Shown: positions 5,721 to 14,010 of the stretch, piece by piece | Numbering within the stretch: the stretch's first letter is position 1 | Layout of the letters: every line of letters starts with the position of its first letter | IMG/VR virus record: IMGVR_UViG_3300048080_000424 | Location: 1-15,069 of that record | Origin: a virus | Reading direction: 5' to 3' (one strand) | Length of the DNA stretch: 15,069 bases | Made by a program: the position numbers and the translations under genes | The notes under the pieces: model-generated | What the model was told of the DNA's origin: nothing | Database searches by the model: none | What the model saw: the letters and a program-made list of their open reading frames with translations, nothing else

Positions 5721-7039
5721 GCCGGTGTGGTGTTGGTGATGTTCCGCTGTTCGTCGAGCCAGCGGTCGAACTCGGCGTCGGCGTTGTCGATGCCGCCGAG
5801 CGCGTCGGCTGCGAAGCGCCGGGAGTGCACGCCTGCGGCGACGGCCGCGAGCTCGTTTGAGACTTCGCGGTCGCGGTCGGTGGGTAGGACGCTGCCCCAG
5901 TCGATGGTGTGGTTGACGAGGCCGAACGCGGTGCCGGTGAACTGGTCAAGGAGCGAGAGGATCATGGTGTTGCGGTCGGTGTACGCCTGGGTGCGGATGA
6001 TGCGCTTGCGCTCGACCTTCTTTACGAGCGGGTCGAGGTCGAGTTCCAGCGCGACGCCGGAGAGTTCGCGCGTCGTGTCGCCGAAGGCGGAGCGGGGCGT
6101 CTCGGCGAGGTCGTACATGGTGCGGTAGAGCGCGGCGAGGTAGTCACTGTGTAGGCGGACGCCGCCGCCGGCGAGGAGGTCGAGGAGGTAGGCTTTGGTT
6201 TCCTTGGGGATCTCCCACACGGCGCCGGGCTTGACGGCGATGTCCTGCGCTTCGTCCATGCCTTCGAGGACGGCGATCGGGTTGCCGCTGACCTCCATGA
6301 TGAGCGAGAGCTGCGACAGCTCGCGGTTGAGTTCGGTGAAGGTGTCGAGTAGGGATTCGAGGTCGGACGTGCCCCAGACGTGCTGGGGCTCGCGTATGTT
6401 CGGGAAGATGACGAAGGGGATGAAGGGGTAGGGGTTGTTGCGCGCTTCGAGCAGGGTGTCGTTGAGCCAACGTTCGTAGGTGTCGAGCGTCCAGGCTTCG
6501 ATGATGGTGTTCGACGCCTTGACGGCCGCGCCGGGGAAGAAAGGCGCGGCGTCGTCGGCGTTGAGCGTGTAGCGGTTGGCGATGCGCCAGACGCGCGAAG
6601 GATCGTCCGGCCACGTCCATTGGAAGATGTTCGCGGGGTCGGGGGCGCTGATGCGTACGCGCTGTTCGGTGTCCGACCACCAGATCTTGTAGGCGGCGTC
6701 GCCGAGCACCGCGCAGTCGAGCTCGGTGTCGAAGTCGAGTGCGGGTGCGGCGTTCTGGTCCCAGACCTGGTTGATGGCGAGTTCTGCTTCGGCGGCGCGG
6801 GCCTTCGCGTCGTCGGAGTCGTCGTCGGGTTCGACAAGAACCGTGCGTCCGGTCATGAGCGCGGCGGTGGTCTTGTGGACGATGGGCCGGGCGTAGTTGA
6901 ACGTGAGGCGGCGCGGGTCGCGCTGGCGCTGCGTCGTGCCCCATTGCTTGCCGTTGTAGAAGTCGAGGTGCTTGCGGTACGTGTCGAGGCGCGTGCGATC
7001 GCGGTTGCGCAGCGCGGCCGGTAGGGTGGCGACGGCCAT
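5717..7039 (-). CDS. Portal protein (SPP1 gp6-like pattern)
   Basis: The product is 440 aa. ATG 7039 lies 9 nt after AGGAGG. Motifs seen are FYNGKQW, FNYARPIVHKTTAALM, GTSDLESLLDTFTELNRELSQLSLIME and LSGVALELDLDPLVKKVERKR. It lies directly upstream of terL. Confidence 0.85.
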   Translation of the reverse strand: MAVATLPAALRNRDRTRLDTYRKHLDFYNGKQWGTTQRQRDPRRLTFNYARPIVHKTTAALMTGRTVLVEPDDDSDDAKARAAEAELAINQVWDQNAAPALDFDTELDCAVLGDAAYKIWWSDTEQRVRISAPDPANIFQWTWPDDPSRVWRIANRYTLNADDAAPFFPGAAVKASNTIIEAWTLDTYERWLNDTLLEARNNPYPFIPFVIFPNIREPQHVWGTSDLESLLDTFTELNRELSQLSLIMEVSGNPIAVLEGMDEAQDIAVKPGAVWEIPKETKAYLLDLLAGGGVRLHSDYLAALYRTMYDLAETPRSAFGDTTRELSGVALELDLDPLVKKVERKRIIRTQAYTDRNTMILSLLDQFTGTAFGLVNHTIDWGSVLPTDRDREVSNELAAVAAGVHSRRFAADALGGIDNADAEFDRWLDEQRNITNTTPA

Positions 7040-7055
7040 GTGCTGCGGCCTCCTG

Positions 7056-7205
7056 TTAGCTGGTGGGCGTTGGCGTTGTTGGCTTCGCTGCGGCGCGCGG
7101 CTTCGGCTTCGCGGGGATGAGCTCAGCGTGACAGTTGGAGCAGCTGCGCTCGTCCTGTTCGAGGATCACTTTGGTGCGGCAGCGGTCGCAGAAGACGCCG
7201 CTCAC
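7056..7205 (-). CDS. Small zinc-ribbon protein (49 aa; C-x2-C ... C-x2-C) between capsid and portal genes
   Basis: GTG 7205 lies 2 nt after the capsid stop. The product is VSGVFCDRCRTKVILEQDERSCSNCHAELIPAKPKPRAAAKPTTPTPTS. It is not in the ORF track because it is too short. Confidence 0.5.
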   Translation of the reverse strand: MSGVFCDRCRTKVILEQDERSCSNCHAELIPAKPKPRAAAKPTTPTPTS

Positions 7206-7207
7206 GG

Positions 7208-8173
7208 TTAGTTCGTCCAGGCGGCTGAGCTGATGCCGTCGAGTCGGGCGAGCGCTTGCGATTCGCGGAGGGCGATCGCGGTGTAGGCCTTCACGCGCCA
7301 GCGGTTGGCGTCTTTCGTTTCGAGGGTACCGACGCGTTCGAGCTGGATGATGCGTTCGAGGTCGTCCTGTGCTTCGGGGTCGTCGGCGCTGATGCCGAAC
7401 AGGCCGGCTTCGTCCATGCGGAGAGCGAAGATGGACGATGCGGTGCTGCCGGTCTTGGCGCTGAACGCGCCGCCGGAGATGGCTTCGACGTCGCCGATGA
7501 AGTCAGCGGGGAGGATCGGGATGTCGCTGTAGAAGCGGACGGGGCGGTTGATGCCTTGCAGGCTGGAGAGCGCGAGGTCCCAGCCTTGCGAGCGCGCGAG
7601 CGCCTGGATGCCGCGGATGCTGCGGCGGCTGGCGATGAGGACGGTGGGCCGTGGGCGGACGAGGTCGATGAGCTGGTCGAGGAGTGAGAAGCTGCCGGCG
7701 CCGGGGATGGTGGTGGCGCCTGCGTGCACCTGCTGGCCCGTGACGTCGTCGCTGATGATTTCGTGCAGGCCGTCGAACTGGTTGGCGTCGATGTCGATGC
7801 TGCCGTAGATGGCGGCGTCGCCCCAGGTGTCGGCGAAGTTGCGGGCCTTGATGGCGATCAGCTCGGCGACGAGGTCTTGGTCTTTGCTGCGCGTGATGGC
7901 GAGGAACTTGTCGATGTCGGCGTCGCCGATGAGTATCTTCAGGGCGAGGACGATCTGCGTGGTTGTCGGCACGCCTTCGGTGACGGTGCCGCCTGCGGCG
8001 ATGAACGTCGGCGCGGAGGCGGCGTTCTCGCGCTGGTATTGGAGCGCGTTACCGCGCACGGGGACGAAGGGCAGCAGGCCGAGGAGCGGGTTCGCGTCCA
8101 TGCTCGTCTCGGCGACGCCAACGAGAACCTGGTTCGTGCTGTACTTGTCGGCTTCGGCAAGGGTCAGGGCCAT
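7208..8173 (-). CDS. Major capsid protein (HK97-fold type, no delta domain)
   Basis: The product is 321 aa. ATG 8173 lies 7 nt after AAGGAG. It sits after a scaffold-like gene. The N-terminal pattern LTLAEADKYSTNQVLVGVAE...LLGLLPFVPVRGNALQYQRE and the internal FDGL are typical of this capsid family by recollection. Confidence 0.8.
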   Translation of the reverse strand: MALTLAEADKYSTNQVLVGVAETSMDANPLLGLLPFVPVRGNALQYQRENAASAPTFIAAGGTVTEGVPTTTQIVLALKILIGDADIDKFLAITRSKDQDLVAELIAIKARNFADTWGDAAIYGSIDIDANQFDGLHEIISDDVTGQQVHAGATTIPGAGSFSLLDQLIDLVRPRPTVLIASRRSIRGIQALARSQGWDLALSSLQGINRPVRFYSDIPILPADFIGDVEAISGGAFSAKTGSTASSIFALRMDEAGLFGISADDPEAQDDLERIIQLERVGTLETKDANRWRVKAYTAIALRESQALARLDGISSAAWTN

Positions 8174-8177
8174 CGGG

Positions 8178-8594
8178 CTACTCCTTCATTCGGGCGAGGC
8201 CGACTGCGATGCGGGCTGCGCCGCGCGTGCCTTCGGGTACGGCGTCGTTGTCGCGTGCGGGCGCTGCGGCCTGCGAGGGGATGGTGGTAGGTGGGGGTGT
8301 CGTGGATGGGTCCGGCGTCGCGTTGGCGCTCGACGCCTTCACGGCGTCGGCGACCTGGCGCGCGACGGTGGCGGATGCCTTCACGGCGGCGATGGTGTCG
8401 CCTGCGATTGCGTCGGGCGGGATGTCGGCGTTGGCCGCGCGGGCCTGCGCGAGGAACTCGGTGGTCGCTGCGACGTTTGCTTCGGTGGCCGTGGCGAGGA
8501 GCTTCTGCGTTTCGTCGAGGGCGGCGGCGGCGCTGTCGCCGGCGTCGGCCTTCGCCCGGAGGTCTGCGAGTTCGGTGTCGTCGACTTCAGTCAC
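8178..8594 (-). CDS. Scaffolding-like protein (138 aa, Ala-rich helical, acidic N-terminus)
   Basis: The start is GTG. The product is VTEVDDTELADLRAKADAGDSAAAALDETQKLLATATEANVAATTEFLAQARAA.... The call rests on its position immediately upstream of the capsid gene and on composition. Confidence 0.55.
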   Translation of the reverse strand: MTEVDDTELADLRAKADAGDSAAAALDETQKLLATATEANVAATTEFLAQARAANADIPPDAIAGDTIAAVKASATVARQVADAVKASSANATPDPSTTPPPTTIPSQAAAPARDNDAVPEGTRGAARIAVGLARMKE

Positions 8595-8597
8595 GGT

Positions 8598-9227
8598 TCA
8601 TACCCCCTGTGGTATTTCTTCCGTGAGCGTAGCACGGGTGGCGTGGGCCGTGTCAAGTAGCGCGGCGTGGTGTAGGTTGCGGAAGGCGAGTAGCGAGGGC
8701 TTCCAGCGGGGCCAGGTGGCGCCAGGGCAGACGGTGTCGCCAGCGGGTGACGGGAGTTCGGTGTGGGCGTTCACGGGTGCGCGCCTGTCGATGATGATGC
8801 GGATGAGCGCGAGGCCGAGGCCAGCGATCGAGAGCTGCCCGTTGGGCGGCTGCGCCGTGGTGAAGTCGCCCAACAGAACGAGCGCGCGGCCCTGGCTGTT
8901 GCGCTGTTTCGCGTGTGAGCCGCGGTAGCGCATGTCGAGCGTGTAGAACAGGCGGCGGCGTGACGCGGCGAACTGGTAGGGGTAGCTGCCCCATCCTTGC
9001 GCGAGGGCGTGCGTGTGGTGGGAGCGCAGGCGTTGGATGTCTTCGTCGAGCGTGGTGCCGTTGTAGTTCTTGTCGCGGCCGTCGAAGAGCACGCCGTCGT
9101 GGTGGACTTCGATCGTATCGACTGCATCGAGCGGCGTTGCGATCGCGCCCGGTGGCTGCGCGAGGAACAGGTGGCGGACGTCGTGGATGACGTAGGGGCC
9201 GAGCTCGAAGCGGTGCGGTCCCGTCAC
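8598..9227 (-). CDS. N-acetylmuramoyl-L-alanine amidase (Amidase_2/PGRP-like endolysin)
   Basis: GTG 9227 overlaps the stop of the holin-like ORF (GTGA) and follows GGGGG. Motifs occur in the family order: IEVHHDG, GWGSYPYQF, GSHA...NSQGRALVLLGDF and NAHTELP...TVCPG. The upstream part of the tracked 271-aa ORF is shadow. Confidence 0.75.
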   Translation of the reverse strand: MTGPHRFELGPYVIHDVRHLFLAQPPGAIATPLDAVDTIEVHHDGVLFDGRDKNYNGTTLDEDIQRLRSHHTHALAQGWGSYPYQFAASRRRLFYTLDMRYRGSHAKQRNSQGRALVLLGDFTTAQPPNGQLSIAGLGLALIRIIIDRRAPVNAHTELPSPAGDTVCPGATWPRWKPSLLAFRNLHHAALLDTAHATRATLTEEIPQGV

Positions 9228-9334
9228 GCGAGCCCCCAGAGGACGGCGACGGCGTAGGCGATGAGCGCGAGCGCGAAGAGGATGCAGTCGAGCGCGAGGA
9301 CGGGGTCTGGTGGGGTCGGCCAGATGCGTCTCAT
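9224..9334 (-). CDS. Holin-like single-TM peptide (36 aa)
   Basis: The product is MRRIWPTPPDPVLALDCILFALALIAYAVAVLWGLA. Its ATG overlaps the upstream stop (ATGA) and its stop overlaps the amidase GTG (GTGA). It is not in the ORF track. Confidence 0.5.
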   Translation of the reverse strand: MRRIWPTPPDPVLALDCILFALALIAYAVAVLWGLA

Positions 9335-9552
9335 GGCGTGTAGACCGCGGTGACGACGGCGTCGTCGGCCTTGGTCTCGTCAAATAGTACAACGCTGACG
9401 CGCCTGTCCACAATCATGTCGCCGGCGGCGATGCCCCGATTCGTGGGAACGCCGGAGAGCGACATGTGGATCGACCCGGTGAGCTGGACGCGGGCCTTGT
9501 ACGTGCCGGCGTCGAACGCCTTGAGCACGCCCGGGTGGATCGTTGCGGCCAT
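9331..9552 (-). CDS. Small OB-fold-like protein resembling baseplate spike/gpV cores (73 aa)
   Basis: The product is MAATIHPGVLKAFDAGTYKARVQLTGSIHMSLSGVPTNRGIAAGDMIVDRRVSVVLFDETKADDAVVTAVYTP. The pattern G-V-x-x-x-D...Y-x-A-x-V-Q...G-D-x-x-x-x-x-R-V-x-V-V-L-F is reminiscent of gpV/gp5-type spikes. Its ATG shares one base with the upstream TAA. Only the last 73 codons of the tracked ORF are credible. Confidence 0.4.
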   Translation of the reverse strand: MAATIHPGVLKAFDAGTYKARVQLTGSIHMSLSGVPTNRGIAAGDMIVDRRVSVVLFDETKADDAVVTAVYTP

Positions 9553-11492
9553 TAGACGCCTCCCAGGTGCACGGTCTGTTCGAACTTCGCCGGCTTGCCT
9601 CGGCGCCCACGCCGGAAGTTGAAGTCGAGCTGCCGGACGCGGCGCTTGATTTCGCCGGTGGCGGCGACGGCGTCGTCGAAGGCGATCACGTCGCCGGCTT
9701 CGAGGCCGCAGTGGGGCGGCGCCACGATGTGGCCGTGGTCTTGGTTCAGGATGGCTTTGCGGATGCGGGCGGCGGCGTGCGCGTTGAGGTCGGCGACGAC
9801 GGCGGTGTGCGGGTCGAGGCGGCGGTCTTGGATGGGTGAATCTTGGGCCTGCTCGGTGAAGTCGAACGCCTGGCCGAGCGCGGCGGCGTTGATGATTTCG
9901 GCGACGCTGACGCGCTGTTCGCGGCGAAGTTTGCTGGTGTAGATCGTGTGGCCCTGCGTGGTGTAGTCGTAGGCGGCGGCGTCGGTTGCGAGCGGTTCGA
10001 AGAGGTAGGCGAACTCTGCGGTGTGGCGGATGATGTCGGGTACGAGGTTCATCAGCGCGTCGAGGTTGTCGCCTGCGCTTTGGTGTGGGTGCAGGGCCCA
10101 TTCGAGGATGAAACTGGTGATTCGCGAGCTGCCGCCGATGTCGACCAGTTCGAGGCCGGCGGTGCCGAGCGCGTCTTGGATGAGCTGGCCGATCGTCAGG
10201 CCGGAGAACGTGCGCGACGTGCGGGGGCGGGCGTTGTCGAGCCAGAAGTCGGCGCCGCGCGTGTGGATGACGAACCTGCTGTCGCCGCCTTTGTGGTCGT
10301 GTTCCCAGTTTACGATCGTCTCGCGTGGGCCCGGTGAGGTGTCGCCGTCGTAGCCGATGGCGACGTGCAGGTTGTGGCCGACGGCGATGAGCGCGGGGAC
10401 GTCCTTGTAGCGGCCGTCGTTGTTGTCGAAGACGAAGCGGCCTTTGTGGTCGCGGAGTGATTCCGACCAGTGCGCTTCGATCAGGTCGGCGGTGAGGACG
10501 GTCGCCGCTGGCGCGTCGAAGGCGGCTTCAAGGACTTGGGCGGGGCGCGCGAGTACGGCCTTGTCGCTCGCGCCGCTGCCGGTGATCGTGATGGCGTAGC
10601 CATAGGCCGTGGTGTTGTTGAGCGGGATGGGCGTGACCCACGCGTTCGCGGCAAAGGCGAACGATGCGGGGAACCAGGTGTGGTACGTGCGCGTGTAGGC
10701 GGGGGCGCTGGCCCGCTTTTCGACGTAGAGGATGTGGTGGCGGTCGAGGGCGTTGATCTTCGCGGCCTGGAACGTGATGCCGCTGTCGGTCTCGGCGGTG
10801 ATGAGGTTGAGGAGTGCCGACCAGGTGTCGAGCGTTTGCGCGAAGCCGTTGCCGAGCGTGACGGTGAGCACGGCGGCGCGGGCGTCGGTCTTGACGCCGG
10901 TGAGGACGACGTGGAAGTCGCCCGCGAAGACCATGCCGACGGAGTTGATGCTGGTCATGCTGTTCGACCAGGCGGCGGGCGAGCCGAACGTGCCGGACGT
11001 CCGCTTGATGCGGCGCAGGGCGTTGCTCTGCTCGTAGACGATGCAGAGGTCGCCGCCGGTGGTGGTGTACTGTACGGCGATGCCCTGGGTGGTGGGGACG
11101 CCCGTGAGGATCGTCGTCTCGACGCCGAAGGATGTGCCTTGGTCTGTGCTCTCGCGGAACATGATCGAGGTGACGCGGTTGTAGACGACGATGACGCGCG
11201 TGTTGTTGATGGCGTGGATTGCGACTTCGTTGGAGTCGGTGCCGCCGCCGAGGTCGGCGAACGCGCCGCCTGTTCTCTTGTACTGGACGCGGCCCGAGGT
11301 GACGCGGGCCTGGTGCAGGTAGGTGGCGTCGCCGGCAGCGTCGTGCTTGTCGTCGGGGTCGCCGCCGGAGACGGTCTGGACGAACTGGAAGTGTCGTGCG
11401 CTACGGGTGAGTTCGTGCACTTCGATGGCGACGGTGGGGATGCCGCTGGGGGCGACTTGCTTTGCTTGCAGCGCGCCGCTGATGCTGCGCAT
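9552..11492 (-). CDS. Large tail protein: N-terminal BNR/Asp-box beta-propeller-like region fused to a gpD/hub-like C-terminal half
   Basis: The product is 646 aa. It has an Asp-box FRESTDQGTSFG (S-x-D-x-G-x-T-W/F). The C-terminal half (HKGRFVFDNNDGRY...AIGYDGD...RFVIHTRGADFWLDN...FSGLTIGQLIQDALGTAGLELV) resembles late-control-D / baseplate hub proteins by recollection. Confidence 0.5.
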   Translation of the reverse strand: MRSISGALQAKQVAPSGIPTVAIEVHELTRSARHFQFVQTVSGGDPDDKHDAAGDATYLHQARVTSGRVQYKRTGGAFADLGGGTDSNEVAIHAINNTRVIVVYNRVTSIMFRESTDQGTSFGVETTILTGVPTTQGIAVQYTTTGGDLCIVYEQSNALRRIKRTSGTFGSPAAWSNSMTSINSVGMVFAGDFHVVLTGVKTDARAAVLTVTLGNGFAQTLDTWSALLNLITAETDSGITFQAAKINALDRHHILYVEKRASAPAYTRTYHTWFPASFAFAANAWVTPIPLNNTTAYGYAITITGSGASDKAVLARPAQVLEAAFDAPAATVLTADLIEAHWSESLRDHKGRFVFDNNDGRYKDVPALIAVGHNLHVAIGYDGDTSPGPRETIVNWEHDHKGGDSRFVIHTRGADFWLDNARPRTSRTFSGLTIGQLIQDALGTAGLELVDIGGSSRITSFILEWALHPHQSAGDNLDALMNLVPDIIRHTAEFAYLFEPLATDAAAYDYTTQGHTIYTSKLRREQRVSVAEIINAAALGQAFDFTEQAQDSPIQDRRLDPHTAVVADLNAHAAARIRKAILNQDHGHIVAPPHCGLEAGDVIAFDDAVAATGEIKRRVRQLDFNFRRGRRGKPAKFEQTVHLGGV

Positions 11493-11496
11493 GGTG

Positions 11497-12129
11497 TTAG
11501 ACGGGCCCGGGGTCGGTGGTTTGCGAGCGCAGCCTGCCTCCGGCGGGCGTGTAGAGCTGTCCGGTGCGGAGCGTGTTGGCGACGGGGAGGTCGCGCAGCA
11601 TCTTTCGGAACTGGGCGAGGCGCTGTTCGCCGAACTCCTGGTACTTGCCCCAGACGTTGTCGCCGCCGACGTTGATGCGGTCGGTGGCGAAGGACGCTGT
11701 GTCGAGCGCTGCGTAGCCGGCGGCGCCCACGGCGATGATGTCGTCGTGGTGGGCGGGGAACGAGATCGTGCCGTTGATGGTGTGCTCCTGGTGGAGGAGG
11801 ATGTTGACGGTCTGGATGCTGCCGGGTGGGGTGGCGACGTCGAGCGTGATGTTATCCCCGAACAGGCTGAAGGGGACGTAGGCGGGTGGGTATTCGTTGA
11901 TGGGCCACTCGACTGCGACGATGCGGATGCGTGGCGTGGTGGGGATGCTGATGATGCGTGAGCCGGCCGTGGTGGCTGCGGCGGCGAGAACTTCTTTGGG
12001 CGAGACCTGCGAGTAGTCGCGGAGGGCGTGCTTGATGTGGCGGTCGAGCACGGCGTCGGTCCAGCGAACGTTGGTTTCGTCGTGCAGGTCTTGTTCGACT
12101 GTGGCGCGGATGGTGGCGAGTGAGCTCAT
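11497..12129 (-). CDS. Head-tail adaptor/connector-like structural protein (210 aa)
   Basis: ATG 12129 overlaps the upstream stop (ATGA). The N-terminus MSSLATIRATVEQDLHDETNVRWTDAVLDRHIKHALRDYSQ resembles gp6-like connector N-termini. The call is also based on its position among structural genes. Confidence 0.35.
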   Translation of the reverse strand: MSSLATIRATVEQDLHDETNVRWTDAVLDRHIKHALRDYSQVSPKEVLAAAATTAGSRIISIPTTPRIRIVAVEWPINEYPPAYVPFSLFGDNITLDVATPPGSIQTVNILLHQEHTINGTISFPAHHDDIIAVGAAGYAALDTASFATDRINVGGDNVWGKYQEFGEQRLAQFRKMLRDLPVANTLRTGQLYTPAGGRLRSQTTDPGPV

Positions 12130-12839
12130 GGCGTGCGTGCCCTCCGTGGGCTGCGCGGCCGCGCTCCGGGTGCACCGAAGGAGGGGCGGTGTGGAACGCG
12201 CGGCCGCTGCGCCCCGATCGGTTGCAGCGTAGCACGTCGTTGTTCGATGCCGCCTTCGAGCGGGTCGTAGTCGACTTCGAGGTACCAGATGTTCGAGCCG
12301 TACTCGCGCGAGCGCCAGGCGAACTGGTGGTTGACGAGGGGGTTCTCGTCGTTCAGGCGCGTGATGATGCTGAGGATGCCGGCGCGGTTGGCGAGCGCGT
12401 CTTCGACCAGCGGTTTGAGGCCGGTGATGGAGTGCCAGCCGGTGGCGGTCGCCTCGGTGTAGGTGAGCTTTGCAGGCGGGCCTACTTCGTCCACGTCGCC
12501 GCCGAAGGTGACCCAGGAGCCGACGCCGTCGTACTTCTTCGAGGTGACGCCGAGCTCGGTCCATTCGTCGGGGCGGGTGCAGCGCATGAGGACGGCCTGT
12601 ACGCCGCCTGGGTTGATGATGTCGAACATGTAGCGGTGCAGGGAGGCGGCGTTGATCGTTTTTGGGTCGATGACGTTGAGGTCGAAGTTCGCGATCGCGC
12701 GGTTCCACGAGAGCTTGAGGCCGCCGAGGTAGGTGGCGCGGTGTACGCAGTAGAGTTCGGTGCCAAAGTTCACGTCCTGCGTCGCGCCGATGCCCGAGAG
12801 AAACGAATCGATCGTAGGGGTGATCTCGACGGTCGTCAC
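12126..12839 (-). CDS. DNRLRE-domain-like protein (237 aa), possible receptor-binding/tail accessory
   Basis: GTG 12839 overlaps the upstream stop (GTGA). The segments IDSFLSGIGATQDVNFGTELYCVHRATYLGGLKLSWNRAIANFDL...INAASLHRYMF and ...GWHSITGLKPLVEDAL...FAWRSREYGSNIWYLEVDY match the DNRLRE-domain layout as I remember it. The last ~45 codons are R/P-rich with weaker third-position G/C. Confidence 0.45.
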   Translation of the reverse strand: MTTVEITPTIDSFLSGIGATQDVNFGTELYCVHRATYLGGLKLSWNRAIANFDLNVIDPKTINAASLHRYMFDIINPGGVQAVLMRCTRPDEWTELGVTSKKYDGVGSWVTFGGDVDEVGPPAKLTYTEATATGWHSITGLKPLVEDALANRAGILSIITRLNDENPLVNHQFAWRSREYGSNIWYLEVDYDPLEGGIEQRRATLQPIGAQRPRVPHRPSFGAPGARPRSPRRARTP

Positions 12840-13282
12840 GCCGGCGGCCGCTGCTTCATCTGGCGCTGCGCGTCGGCGAGGTCGATGACGAAGAGCCAGT
12901 AGCCGACCTCGCCGGTGAGCTGGTTGTAGCCGATGTCCTGTACGTCGCCTTTGAACTGTTCGGTGATGCGTTCGAGTAGGCGGCGATCGTGGATCTCCAT
13001 GTCGCCTTTCGTGAAGCCGCGCGCGAGTGATTCGTCGATGCAAGCGGCGACCAGGTCTTGGGCGAGCCGCCAGTTCGGTGGGTCGGTGGCGACGGCGCCC
13101 ATGTGCACTGTGTCGCCGGCGTCGGGTAGCAGGAGCGTCGCGGCGCCCTTTGTCGTGCCGCGTGCGTCTGCAACGATCACGTGCAGGGCGTGGCGGTTCT
13201 CGGCGATGCCTGGTAGCAGTTCGCGCACGCGGTCGCGGTCGGCGGGGCGTTCCTTGCGAATCACCGGCGCCACCGGAGCCAC
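12836..13282 (-). CDS. Hypothetical protein (142-148 aa) with weak GNAT-fold-like layout
   Basis: The start is GTG 13282 or, more in keeping with the local pattern, GTG 13264, which overlaps the upstream TGA (GTGA). The segment IRKERPADRDRVRELL...HVIVADARGTTKGAATLLL...VHMGAVATDP...LVAACIDESLARGFTKGDMEI resembles an acetyltransferase fold. It lacks the R/Q-x-x-G-x-G/A motif. Confidence 0.5.
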   Translation of the reverse strand: MAPVAPVIRKERPADRDRVRELLPGIAENRHALHVIVADARGTTKGAATLLLPDAGDTVHMGAVATDPPNWRLAQDLVAACIDESLARGFTKGDMEIHDRRLLERITEQFKGDVQDIGYNQLTGEVGYWLFVIDLADAQRQMKQRPPA

Positions 13283-13404
13283 CCGTTGAGGATGCGGGTG
13301 CAGTAGGCGAGGCCGAGCGTGACGGCGGCTGTGACGCCGACGGTGAGCGCGTTGCTGATGATTTGCACCTGTGCGTCTGTGAAGAAGTTCTGGCAGGTTT
13401 CCAC
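13261..13404 (-). CDS. Small single-TM peptide (47 aa)
   Basis: GTG 13404 lies 1 nt after the upstream TAA. The product is VETCQNFFTDAQVQIISNALTVGVTAAVTLGLAYCTRILNGWLRWRR. Third positions are G/C-rich. It is not in the ORF track. Confidence 0.4.
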   Translation of the reverse strand: METCQNFFTDAQVQIISNALTVGVTAAVTLGLAYCTRILNGWLRWRR

Positions 13405-13405
13405 G

Positions 13406-13747
13406 TTAGGTGGCTCCTGCGCGGTCGGCGATCAGGTCGGCGACCATGTCGGCAACGCTGGTGTGCAGCTGCGCGGTTTCTTCCTTCGAGAGGCCGTAGT
13501 TGATGGCGACCATGCGGGTGATGGTGCGCATGAACGCGAGGAAGATTTCGAGGTTCTCGGGCTCGTTGTGGACCAGCTCCATGGCGCGGGCGCGGGTGAC
13601 GGCGATTTCGTGAGCGAGCTGGTGGGGTTCGAGGTCTACGGCCCGACGGAGAAATTTCCGTCCGGCGGTGCCGAGCCCTTCCGCGTAGTAGCCGTGCTTG
13701 AAGGCGTTGCGATTACCCGGCTGCGCTCCGGGCTTGCGACGCGCCAC
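13406..13747 (-). CDS. Possible terminase small subunit / DNA-binding protein (113 aa)
   Basis: The start is GTG. The N-terminal RRKPGAQPGNRNAFKHGYYAEG resembles the G-N-x-N-A-x-K-H-G-x-Y/F motif that I recall near the N-terminus of some small terminases. The remainder is helical. The assignment is tentative. Confidence 0.35.
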   Translation of the reverse strand: MARRKPGAQPGNRNAFKHGYYAEGLGTAGRKFLRRAVDLEPHQLAHEIAVTRARAMELVHNEPENLEIFLAFMRTITRMVAINYGLSKEETAQLHTSVADMVADLIADRAGAT

Positions 13748-13750
13748 GGG

Positions 13751-13969
13751 TTAGGACCTCGTGGGGATGGCGATCGGTTGCTGCTGCGCGTTGCTCAGGG
13801 CGTCGATGAGGAGGCGGCCGAGCTCCTGGGGCGAGCGGCGCGGCTCGGGGGCGTGCTGGCGTAGTTCGTGGAGGTAGTCGAGGGTGCCGGTGATGGTGAG
13901 GAGCGCGGCGGTGTCCCAGTCCTGGCGTTCGAGCGCCGACTTCATCATCTGCGACGGTTTCCGAGCCAT
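13751..13969 (-). CDS. Hypothetical protein (72 aa)
   Basis: ATG 13969 has no SD but lies 6 nt downstream of TGATAGACT, an extended -10-like element, so the mRNA may be leaderless. The product is MARKPSQMMKSALERQDWDTAALLTITGTLDYLHELRQHAPEP.... Confidence 0.45.
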   Translation of the reverse strand: MARKPSQMMKSALERQDWDTAALLTITGTLDYLHELRQHAPEPRRSPQELGRLLIDALSNAQQQPIAIPTRS

Positions 13970-14010
13970 ACGCGCAGTCTATCATGCTGGGGTGTTTCAC
14001 GTGGAACGTT

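Noticed and set aside
4495-8928. Numerous alternative-frame and antisense ORFs across terL, portal, capsid and scaffold (for example 4604-5662, 5380-5949, 6022-6837, 6144-6944, 6380-7024, 7724-8290, 7809-8660, 8209-8928)
   Set aside because: Each overlaps a gene with strong family motifs and has the R/P/S/T or G/V/A/D bias typical of off-frame reading of GC-rich coding sequence.
9331-12902. Long tracked ORFs 9331-10101 (-), 10470-11675 (+), 11497-12708 (-, N-terminal 190 codons), 12120-12902 (+) and 12126-13043 (-, N-terminal part)
   Set aside because: Only the 3' portions that begin at stop/start junctions look like proteins. The upstream extensions overlap real genes out of frame and are R/H/P-rich.
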